The notes under the pieces were generated by a model that did no database searches, was not told the DNA's origin, and saw nothing but the letters and a program-made list of their open reading frames with translations. Positions 33,400 to 45,300 of a stretch of 64,000 bases of DNA are shown here, piece after piece. Position 1 is the first letter of the stretch. The number at the start of each line of letters is the position of its first letter. The position numbers and the translations under genes are program-made. Source of the stretch: Botryllus schlosseri (taxonomy: Eukaryota); NCBI GenBank assembly GCA_051294905.1, contig CM119373.1:18600001-18664000 (forward strand), in the 5' to 3' direction.

Positions 33400-36320
33400 T
33401 CACTGTTGACGTCTTTTCCGAATCTTCATCTCCGAGAAGCGAAGGAGGTTGGAGGAACCAAACCACCAAATTCCCTTCGTGCCTGTTTTGTTGAAGTTTC
33501 CGTTCAGATTGCTGTGGGCGCAGCCGCTATACCACCAGGCTCCTTCGTAGATATAAGCGCAATTCAATGACGGATGGGCATCGTGATCCGCGTCCTTCGT
33601 CGAGAATTGTTGACTGTTGTGATTTGAGAGAGAATCGGTTGCATTTCCGGAGTATCCGGACACGTACAGTCTGTAGTTGCCGGATCCGGGGCCGATGCGG
33701 AAGTTGCTGAATAATGAAGAAAAAAGTTTGTCCGAAACAGCAGACTCCTTTATGACGTGTCAAATTGTGACATAGACAAGGATTGATGTTCACCTGTATT
33801 TAGCAACCCAGGAAATTCCAGTTTTCTTGATCATTTTTATTTTCAGCTCCATGTTTCCTCCCTTTGTAAGTTGATGCATTCTTTCCAGACCTGAAATAAA
33901 CGGGGTTGTCACAAATTCAGTGGTTCTCAAGCGCCGGTCCGTGGCAAGGTTCATGCCGGTCCGCCAGTTATATGAAAGCTTTCCAAACCAATTAAAAAAT
34001 GCAACAAGTTCGATGCTTTTCCCATGAAATAGAGAAATAAATCATCAAATTTTATATTGATGCATTTGGAACGTATTTACTGTACGGTCCATGCAAATGT
34101 GTTCTATGGACAAATTGTCAGTGATAAGCTGGAAATCGACAAAACCTTAAAACTTGGAGGAATCGAATTCAATTCAAATCCTATACCGAGCCAGAAATCT
34201 CCTTCACGATCACCGAATCCTTTCACGTAATCATCCCCGTTCCGATAGAAATCAACGTTTCCGTATTTTCTTCTCTGGAAAACCTACAACGGAATAATGC
34301 GAACCATTCGTTTCCGAACTCAAGTTTTGTTATCAGTCAATGTCCGTAAAATTTGTGATTGCTTCAAAATTGGGTTCTGATTAAACTCATTTTGTCCTTG
34401 ATTAAAATCGATTTTAATCATTTAAATAATTCATATCATGATTATTTTGATTTTTTGGTTTTTTACTCACAACAACAACAAACCAACAAAACAAAATGGG
34501 ATGAGTTGCGACCATGTCAATCAAGGTGATCAAGGATACCGCTTAAACTTTAGTAATGCGGGGCTGTGAATCATTATCCAGATAGTTGAAAACGTTCAAC
34601 CTATGTGATAATGATTGCTGAAAAGGTTTACCCTATGTGATAACGATGGGTCGCCAGAATCATTACTGATCTGTTCTAGTAGCGAGTAGGGATGGTGTGA
34701 ACCTCTGAAAGGTTCAGGTTCGTGTGAACGCGAACCTTTTTAAAAGGTTCTGTGTGAACGCGAACGTGAACCTCATGACGTCATGTGACGTCATATTGCT
34801 AATTCCAACCCTATCTTTCAATGAAGTGATAGCCTATATATTAATGTACGCGATACCTAGTGACGGCTCGGGTCACATAATGTCACAATGCTGAAGTACA
34901 TATTGGCGTTTTAAATGTCGCTAAATGTATCAAATGAGGCAATCAAAGAATATAATATGCTCCCATAAAATCAATATCCTCCATCACTTTGCCAACAATT
35001 TCGACGAAGACTTACAAGGCAATATAAGCTTACGCCTTAACGGTCGAGGCCAGACCGGACCCCGTACGCCTGCTACATTTTAACATCAGAAAACGATATC
35101 AATCTCATTGATTGGTTGAATAAGCATCATCCGCTGACTACGTATTTCACTCGTGATGTTGTGTGATTGCGGGTCAAGCTCGCAGCAGAGAGTTACTAAA
35201 TATTCACAAACGGAAAGCTGTATATTTCGAGCAAACTTTTGTAACAAAGCAAGTAAAACTTTTGAGATTGTGAAGGTGCACGCTCGTTTAGTGTTGATTT
35301 TTAATGCTGCCAGCGCCATGCATATAGAGTGGCCAGCAGTTGAAATGCAATAGATTCGAACCAAAGATGTTATAATGAAGTGAAAATTGTAACATATGAA
35401 AAAGGTTTACAGTGCAGAACCCACCAAGGTTCTGTTGTGAACGCGAACCTCTAAATTGCCGAGGTTCACACACAGAACGCGAACGTGAACCTCACGTTCA
35501 CACCATCCCTAGTAGCGAGGAAACATGTTGAGTCAAATCGGGACCATCCATGATAGTTGCATCTTCATCTTGATGGATGGAGTGGTTTCTGCCATCAAAC
35601 TGGATCAGAGATGAGGGAATCTTTCGAATTCGATAGAGACTCCGGATTGCGCTTTGTTTGCGGTGTCACACCAGTGCCTCGGAAATAGCAGCAGCATGTC
35701 GCAGACTAGTACCCTATCCACAGCAAAACGCTACCATATTATTAGCTATCGCTCTTTGCTCTTTTCCTGTCTGTCTGTCAAATAGCTGCACTATACCGTT
35801 GAGAGTGACGAGATGCTATCTCCGGTTTAAATAAAATGCACATGATTGTCCGATAATAAACCACATTCACGCATCTCGTTTGAAAATTAGAAAAAAAAAT
35901 CAATAAAATCAAAATGGTACAATTAAAATCAAATATCAGCGAACAAAATCCTGATTTAAACCAGAACCCGATTCAAAAGTACATGTTAGGACAACAATAA
36001 ACAATCCAAACTCACAGTCCATCCCTTGTTTTCTGTTTCCAGTTTAACGCCACTCGAGATTTTCGACACCCTTTCTGAGCCCTTGGTAAGAAGCACGCAA
36101 AATAAAACGTTCGCAGCCGAAGTCAAACTACTGGCATACCAACCTCACAATCTCCCGTTGAGATCCATTTACCGTTCACGTATCTTCTCATGCAGAATTT
36201 TCCTGAAGAAAAGAGAAATTTCAAACCGATTCGAATTGTTGAACACGAATGCTCCATACTTGACGAACGCGAGCAGATCACGAGTCCGAACATGAAATGA
36301 ATCCAAATCTTGTTCGACAT
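33400..36320 (-). CDS. Complete 6-exon gene: secreted fibrinogen-related (FReD) protein, 227 aa. Exons 36320-36260, 36202-36140, 36074-36016, 34283-34187, 33890-33794, 33706-33400
   Basis: Exons sum to 684 nt with consistent phases. Signal-like [20 protein letters not shown], then GWT|VFQRR..VDFYR..YVKGFG..GDFWLG|LERMHQLT..|[45 protein letters not shown]. The three short 5' exons are less certain than the three 3' exons. Confidence 0.88.
34687..35511. mobile_element. hAT-type MITE in FReD intron 3
   Basis: TIR TAGGGATGGTGTGAAC/GTTCACACCATCCCTA, perfect TSD GTAGCGAG. Confidence 0.9.
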
Positions 36321-37069
36321 TTTCGGAAGCAATATTCAATAGCAGCTCCCGGAACTTTGTGTATCCTACTTCAGATCTTAATAACGCAGATTTCAAAGTA
36401 AAAGTGACCATTCTACGCCTAGTTTTGCCTAAAACCTGACACGAAGTAGTCTATAATCAAAACTACTTGAGTAATCAGCGCAAGTATAAGTCAATACATA
36501 CTTGGATTAATTGAAAATTACAAGTAGGCCTACTTCGCCGCCTCAGGCGCAGAATACAATGCGACCAACTTCAATTGAGCGAAACACTAAAAGGCGTTTG
36601 ATATAGTTTAGTATGATTCATCATTCTTCAGTAACTGCAATTTTGCTAGACAAGTTTCGGGAAAGGGAGTCGTGCGCGTCATTGGACGGTGGCCAGAAAA
36701 GTCGTGACAGGAAACTTACTCGATGAAACAACTCAGAACGGTGGATGGAGGTTATTTTTAGTGGTGCGCGTCATTGGGTATCACCAAGGGATACTATAGG
36801 CATCGATTTACTTCACATCTCCTTGAATGTTCATTCGATGTCAAAACAGATGCCGATATGTAAAAATGAGAATTGAGAGGCCAAGTTAACTTTCATAACA
36901 TTAGGTACATTATTACGTATAAAATCATATTCCATCGCCATATGAGGAGCCAAGTATGGTTGAATGTGAATCAATGTAAAACAAACATGTTTAAGAACAA
37001 CCATGGTTGTGTATTGATCTGATGAAAATTTTACCAAAATGAATGAGATGTAATGAACATATTGTTGGT

Positions 37070-37205
37070 ACCGTTGTTGATATTGTTCTTTCTAATTCTC
37101 TACTACTAGCTGCTGACGATTAGGCCTACCCCTGACGAGCCACATCGGACAATGTTCATGTTTGATTCAATATCAATATATTAATTGTAGAGATGATGTT
37201 TGTAT
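37070..37205 (+). repeat. Third, more decayed copy of the hammerhead-bearing repeat
   Basis: acccctgacgagccacatcggacaatgttc at 37128; flanks match 3715-3845. Confidence 0.6.
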
Positions 37206-37980
37206 TCAGGACATATTTTCACGCGTTAAAATCGCGAAAATAGTTCACAACAGTCAGTGTTGCGATCAAATATCGAATTAATTGATGAATTAGTGGAATC
37301 TGTGATAGTCAGGACGCGGCACGCTAACCTATTAAAGTCTAATATAATTTCTGGTTCGCTTGAAAACGCTACAGTTTCGTGAGAAACGAGCCAAGCTCGC
37401 TGTACATATAGGCCTATTTGCCATACTCGTCCTTGTGTGAATGAACTTGATTTTTGTCGTATTTCATTCCCTGCAATGCGGAAGTAAATTTAATGTCCAA
37501 GTCTCTGCAAATTCAGTAATTATATTTCTAATCTGATTGCGAAAAAAAACTGTAAACAACTGTGTGGCTACCATTCTGATTCTAAATTTGAGCTGAAAAT
37601 TATCCAGTTGTCAAACTCTGCTTGAACGAATCCTAAAAAATCGTATATTCTCAAACTTCTCAATAAGAACCTGCCAACTATATTCAGACATCCGACGTAT
37701 ATTATACCATATCATATTATTCAGCGGTTTAATAAAATGCACAAGTGGGAAACTAGTTTCATTGAAATCATCACAATAGGAAGATGAGATTTGATCCATG
37801 AGAAAAACACTTTTCGACAGCAGACAGACTGACGTCATAGCAGATTGGGTTCTACTAGGTCTTGTGCTGACTTGTAGCCCGGCACACTTCTACGCTCCTT
37901 CAAGACACCGCTTGTAAAGATCGAGTGGGGGGAAGGAGCTTAGATAAACCTCTAACACTTAGGAACTCCACAGCTGAATG

Positions 37981-38775
37981 CAGGGTTGCCAGATTGGCCC
38001 TTTTGGGGCCAAATTCCAACAATTTGGTCCTTTTTAGAGGCAGTTGGCCCCAAACAAGTCAATTTGGCCCCTTGGCCCTATATTTTCAATATTTTGCCCT
38101 TTATGGAAGCAGTTGAGAAATCGCATTCAAATAAATGTATCTCGCAAATTGAGCTGACAATGTGTATGCCAATGTCAAAGATTCAGTGGAAACACTGTAG
38201 AAGATTTGGATTTGTTTTTGTAGAATGTAGACTGTGTTTGATTTGTAAATACCTACAGATTTGTGAACAGGTCTATGGACGAAAAAGCATCGGACATGGC
38301 TGGAAGCTAAGTAGCAGAGAAAGTCTGAAGAAGAGTACCCTTATAGTAGGCCTACTTAATGATTGAAAGAAATTTCAAAGAAAAAATCCTCAACATAACC
38401 GGAGAGTTTTCGGTGAAAAACCTAAAACTTAAGTTGGATAAATTTCAAATGTAAAGAAACTATTCTCTCAATTTTTATTTAAAATTAATAAAATTTATTC
38501 ACTCTTATATTATTGCACTAAAACTTTTATTTTATGATCAGTTGGAAAAGGCTTGAAATAATAGTAGGTATTGTAGTTGGATCGAGTGTAGTTGTATGTA
38601 GTTGATTTGATGCCCTAGAGTCCTACAACAGTATGAACAATATAAGACTGGAATTCCAGGTGATTGACGAAAGGTCTGTGGGTAATGTTGCAACGTTATT
38701 GAACAATTTGGCCCTTTTTGGCCCCTTTTCCGGCGCTGTTTGGCGCTTTTTCTCAAAAGATGTCTGGTAACCCTG
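37981..38775. mobile_element. hAT-type MITE between the FReD and integrin starts
   Basis: TIR CAGGGTTGCCAGA/TCTGGTAACCCTG, perfect TSD GCTGAATG. Confidence 0.9.
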
Positions 38776-39398
38776 GCTGAATGGTGAAACACATTCTGAT
38801 TATCTACTGTTGATCGCTTCGTAATTCTCTCGGCTCCATGTTGCATAAATTTATTGAAGTCCATATTTTGTAGCGTGTTAGTCGGAGTCGACAAAAAGTC
38901 GGCAACATTGATTGTATCACGGCGCTAAAAACACAATTTTGTAGACTTGCAGAATACAACTGATTAGTTAGCAATATGTAAAAGAGATGAGAGTTTCTGG
39001 TCCGTGACGACAGGTTATTATTAATTGTGAAAATGAGACACTGTGGCGCTTATCACCTTATTGGCCTGGCAGACGACAGGTATCTTGCACGAGGACATCG
39101 CATGAGTGAGAAATGGCTTGGCCGAGATGGTTAAATGCTTGTTACAGATACACGGATTGTTATATTTATACTATACAGGCGCTCACTGGGTCGATTGCTA
39201 TATTTGTACAAAATATACATTAACCGGTTGGAAGAACATTGTCATCGCCATCTGTCATCTGCGAATAGGTATATATATCCTACCTGTAGCGCACTCTTTG
39301 TCGAGGAAGTGATGATTTCATTTGGGATGATTGTACGCAAGTTACTTACAAGCCTGCTGTTGTGTGCATGACCAGAAGTATATTGCGGACGCACTGAG

Positions 39399-42300
39399 AT
39401 GGGCGCGATTTATCGGTCTATTGAATATTTCGTCTCGCTTACATTGCTGGCGCTGTATTTTCCGTACGCAAAACTTCATAATATTGAACAAGATTCAGCG
39501 ATTTTCAAATATTCTCCTGTGATTCGCTATCATGAAGCGAACGCGTTGCCAGCTGACGTGAAGGCTTCTTACTATGGATACAAAATATCGATGAGCGAAT
39601 CTGGGTAAGTTAGTAGCATTTGATCAGTTCAGACTTTCCCGAACCAGACTTTTTCCGATCTTGTGATTTTTAACCGCTGGCAAAGACAAACCTTGCACAC
39701 CTTCATTTCTTTATTCTCACTAACGTTTAATTTAGAGTGGATCATATGCTCCATGGTTATAGATTGGATATAGTTCAATTGAGGCCGGCGTCCAGTCGGC
39801 TCCAAGAATGTCAGCGTCGGTAACTTACCAATAATAACGTTAAATCCCAACTCTATCACTGGGCAGACGAGATAGTCCTTAGGACAGGAGTCGGCAACTC
39901 TTTTTTTCTCCGCGAACCGGTTTTTAAGATGAATGTTTGTCACGCACTGGCGATCAAAAACACCAATGTTCAACATCGAGACTTTAGTGCAGCTGATATA
40001 CTTAGAACGTATGACGTCGACAACAATCGACCTAGGATCATAATAAAACGCAGTATTGGATCTCGTCAGATCGCATTCAAACAAATACGTGACCGTCATA
40101 GTTCTCGTATTACGAGGTATCATAAATGCATTCACGAATCACAATGTATTGAGGCGGGATCTGTTATGCAATGATACAATTTGCTATGATATGGTATTTT
40201 TGTCTGAAATAGTGTGGGTAACGATTGCCCGAAATGCTCGCCGATACCGACCCGTTGACCACAGGCTATAGACCACAGCCTCGAAAGCCTGTCGGCGGAC
40301 TGCTCATATAGTCATAACATCTTTTTAATATGATAATTCGTTATGAGTCATTCAAATTAGAGAATATAATACCTTAAATTGTCCGAATGTCAAGATAACC
40401 TGAAGACCAGTGACGTGAAGGACGATATCGGGAGTATCGGGCCAAGAACTGACTAGGCAAGGCCTACTGTGCATTCCATGATTACTAACCACAAACGTTT
40501 CCTGGATATGTCAGCGGTTTGAACCGAGTGTTCTGTATCGCGGAATTTGCAGCACGATTTAAAATGGGAGCTGTACTAGCTTATATTACAGTTTCATTTC
40601 CTATGCATTTCTTAAAATAATTACCCTTCCATCTCTAGACTTTTGGTATCCGCGCCGAAGATGTCAGATTCTGACAGGCCTCAGTCGCAAAGCCTCAATT
40701 CTGTCAGCGATCCAAACTTTGGTAATCGTACCGTCATAGTCAATAGTTTAAATGATTCACCTAAACTTTTAACCTTTTTCAGCTGAAGGCGCGGTTGAAA
40801 CATGCCCGAAAGTCGGTTCGGAAATAGGCAGATGTACCAATATTCCGCACTCTTCCGTGATGGGTGGAGATCATTTCGCAATGTCGCTACTAGAGGATGA
40901 AGATGAGATGCTGGTAATTTTAAACCCTTTGCCCAACACATTACCAGGCTACCATTAAATCGCGGCACCCCGATTACTGGTGTGTCACATTTATATTAAG
41001 AACATCAGCACAGCGACAAGAGTGTGTATTTCTACCCGTGTACCACCCCTGCTATATGGGTTTGAATATACACCCATGGCACACGAAACGAGAACCTACC
41101 TCAGACTTATACCGCTGTATAAATCGAGTACGAAATTCTAATTCAAAATAGGCATGCACGTAGGAAGATAGGAAGGTATGCACGTTTAGGCATGTAGGAT
41201 TTATGACCGCAATATAATTTTGAGTAACTTCTGTTTTCGTGTACCACCTTTATTGACCCTTTTGTGTGAGTACACACCCTTTTCGCTAAGTGTGCGTGGG
41301 CAACTAGTGGGCAATAATTACCCAGTGGCGAACCTGTGTGTTCACTTCCCTGTGTAGACTTGAATATCGGCGAATAAGCAATAATTTGACTATTAAACAG
41401 GGCTGTGGAGTCGACTCACTTTACCTCCGACTCAAACTCCTACTGTAGGAAATCGAAATATATCGACCTCAACTCCGACTTATTGTTATGATACACACAA
41501 CAACAGTGGCGCTTATCGCCTGTTGCGCGCCACGACAATGCATTTGGTACAGTTCAGAATCTTTTGCACGTTGGTCTTGAGGCTTGTCATTCTCGCGCCC
41601 TCTCACTCTCTATACCAGTGGTCGGGAACCTTTTCCTTACGAAGAGCCATTTTGGCTCAATTTTTTCCATTTTAACTCCCAAAAAGCCATACATGTCAAT
41701 CAACTTTTATGTCACAATTGAAAAGTTGTGACGTCATCGTAGCACTTATACAAGCTCACTACAGGGGATTCATCGTGTTGCGCCTCACTTTCTCTGAAAA
41801 AACTCGTACTAATCATGCTGGTATAACCTTATTCAAGCGTGCGAACCTTGCGTTACGAGAACGTAGCTTCGTAGTGATGCTCCTTTTAACCCTTTTAATA
41901 GGGGGGGGGGAGGTCACTGGTGACCCAAGTTCAAGTTCATCTCTCAATTTCTCCAAAGATATATGTCGTAGCAGACTGCTTTTGGTTTCTATGGAAAGCC
42001 TGCTATTTTCTGATTTATATGATACCTAATTTGAAGGTATAGGGCATGAAAATTTTCGAATACCGACGATCTTACATGTAGAGTTCGGCTGAAAATACCC
42101 ATGCCTAAAATTTAAGATATTTTCCGAGTGGGAAATGTAGTCCGAAATTCAGCCAGAACATAAGAAGTCGACTTGTACGGTATTCTGTGTGATTTATCAC
42201 CGTTTGGAACATCAACCCTTGTTCTGGGGAGTTTTCTGAGGGGGTTTGTTAATTGTGGTCACGCTTCGGTGATTTTCAAGAACATAGCCAAGTCCAAGTT

Positions 42301-45300
42301 CAAGACGGAAAATGAGTCATAAACTGGTTTACTATGCCTGCAAATAGTGGGATATGACAAGAGAAAGTATACCACGTTGTTTCATGCCATTAACTGGGTG
42401 GTAGGGGTCCGATTCGGTATTGATCTTGAACCTGACCATTATGACAACTCGCTGACCACGCCCATATGTAAATTTTTCAAGTATTAGTGATTTTTCGATA
42501 TCTGGCGAGCTGCGTGGTTTACGGTCATGGTTGAAGGCTTGTTTGAAACCAGGCAACAGTGGCTACGCACTTGGGCATCATTTTTGACTCTCTGAAGCTA
42601 TCCTGGGGGTCAATCGGGGGAAAATGAGATAGAGAAAGAGATTTTTCAGAAAAAAAGTTTGTATATTTAGTTGTATAAAGAACCCTAGACATGGCATGGG
42701 GCGTCGATCGAGGGTGGAAACGGTAGATGGCTATACTCCGGCCACTTTTAAACTAGAACAACTCAGATTAAGGTCTTGGTGAGGTCACGGTATGAATTTG
42801 AAAAGTGATGGTCAGTTCTGCAAAATCTGACCCCCCATTAAAAGGGTTAAATGCGAGAACCCATGATCACATGCGTAAGTGGAGCCAAACATGGTCACTA
42901 CAGCAGTGTATACCTAATGTAAGGTGCGTTACATCAGTGACGTGGGGTCAGGAGAGCCAAGCAGTGACGTGCGGTCCAATGAGGCAGGTGAGGCAGTGCC
43001 TCACCTGATGTCGGGGTGAGCAAGTGAATATTGTGAAAACCCTTGATGAGTCGATGATTATTAGTGTTTTACATCGATGTTCATAAATATTTAAATTTGA
43101 AAATATTTTTCACCCAACATCATCCATTTACATAATTATTATTCTAAAATACAGCGCGAACGGAAAGGTGAGGCACAGGTGAGGCACGGGCGGGTCGTGC
43201 CTCACCTGCGACAATGCAATTCATCATAAATAACTCGTAATTCATAATAACTGGTATCAATCGATTGCTATCGTCACACTGGTTCCGAAAATTCAAATAT
43301 TAACAGTGTCAGAGCACCAGAACCCCCTCAAAATCGCCGATGAAGGTGATATTCGGCTTTATTACAGACAATGCCATCGCAGAGAAACAATGGCCAGGTG
43401 AGGCACAAACGAATTTGCCTCATGCACTATTCGCTTACAATTGGACAATCGAAGCGCAGTGAAACGCGCTATCGATTTCGGAATACAACATTCTTGTAGG
43501 AATTGCATAGTAGCGACGACCAATACGTAGTGCAGAGCCAATACATTCCCTTACTTATGTAGCTGTTATGTATTTTCCATCCATAGCTACGTTAAATTGT
43601 GGTATGTGATAGCTACTTCCATAGGCTGCATTGTCGTTGTTTGTGTCCTTTATGCTGTGTTCGGCTGCAATACCTAGAACCCCTAATTGTGGTATGTGAT
43701 AAGGACGTAGTTTATTTTTGTCCTTGATGTTTTTGCGGCATATACACCGACTCATGATACACATACACACGATCTGTGCATATGCATACCATGAGTGCAT
43801 GATGTGCATATGCCGCAGGTCAAGGAAGTGCAGATATAGCCTTTACGGCTTTCTAAGTCATGCACCACCTCTCCATGCTATCCCAGTAATGCATGAGCGC
43901 TAAGCAGGGAAGTCATGGATACCAGCGTTACTAATCAGGTCTTTGGTCTGACCCGGCCGGGGATCGAACCCACGACCTACCGATCAAGAAGCCGGACGCT
44001 TCACCATTACGCTATCTTGTCGATAGCTATACCTACATAGGCTGCGTTGTCGTTGTTTGTGATCACTAGTGTATTTTGACTTGACCTGGTGTCCTTAGTG
44101 CATTTTCTTTCGAAAATCGGCAAATATAGTGTTTTTTACTAAAAAAATTGTAACAGGGTGCTATTTTCGTGTACTTCGAGTAATTTTACTAATTTATACC
44201 GGTACTTGAAGAGATAGTAATTACTATCCGTCTAAACTTGTCCATTTAGCACAGGGCCGGCCAAACCGTGGCCTGCGAGAAGGTTTTGAGTAGCCCGCGA
44301 GGTAATTTCCGAAATTAGTAATATTATCAAAAACGGATTGTGCGCAGATTGTGAACTTGCAAGGCCAACCAAAAATTTGATTAGTCTGGCCGCCACACTT
44401 GAGATGTGATGACTAAAATATCAGTTCCGACGCATTGACAGGTCCATGAGCCAGTCACATTTTGGTAGATCTTTGTACACCACAATATAGCAGAATAATT
44501 TGTGATCAGGAGTAAAAAAAACTTCTACACGCTCCGCGTAACATGTTGTCAGTGTTGTCACTCGATTTCTTGCTTTTAATATTGTTACCCCTTTGTAAAA
44601 ATGAAAGAACGCCTGATGCATCAGATTGAGTCTAACTATAATCGCGATTACGACACAAAGTGTCGTTCAACATATGCGACCTTGCGTTTGCGCTCGTAGA
44701 AAAACCGTCGACTATGAAACCTAGGCACAAAATGATTGACGCATGTTTGGTCGAAGCTTTCGATATCGATATATCCGGGCGCCGAATAGCCCATTCCTTG
44801 CAAACTGAGCCCAGCGATATAGCCTACAGCAGGCCCGCAGTATAGTCAAGTGACAATATTATTGTACTATGAGCTTCGAAAAATTTTCGCGCTTGGCGCG
44901 GCCAGTGGCCCGCACAATAGTTCGTCAATCGAATGTGGCCCTTTGGCTGAAAAGGTTGGCCAGCCGTGATTTAGCACAATAGCGACCAATCCTACATGTA
45001 TTGTAGAATATGGAATTGCAATGGCTATCAGCGTGCAAAGAAAATGCTCTCTATACCCGCTGCTATTGTTACGTGCGTGCGTGCGTGTTTGTGTGTGTGT
45101 TTATGTGTGGATGGGGGGGGGGGGGGCGTGCCTCACCAGCCATGAACCTCACCGCACGTCACTGGAGCCAAGTGAGGCAGTCACCTGTCGCCAGGATGAT
45201 TGAACGAAAATTGTGAAACCGTCAATTACTATTGGTATTTTCTATCGATGTTCATGAACGACTAAATTTTAAATTTTCCTCCCTATATTAGGAAATTTGC

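Noticed and set aside
33400-36320. Calling the FReD gene v-Themis or a ficolin
   Set aside because: It is not nested in a PKD1-like gene, has no collagen region, and reads CAH rather than the ficolin CH motif; no symbol assigned
43950-44016. tRNA-like sequences (also 2030-2103, 27207-27270, 46200-46277) as tRNA genes
   Set aside because: A and B boxes are present, but no full cloverleaf or acceptor stem could be built and each runs into a shared repeat body; treated as SINE heads
44421-44845. Possible Buster-type transposase remnants inside 44252-44968
   Set aside because: Two weak motif matches on opposite strands; not supportable without alignment
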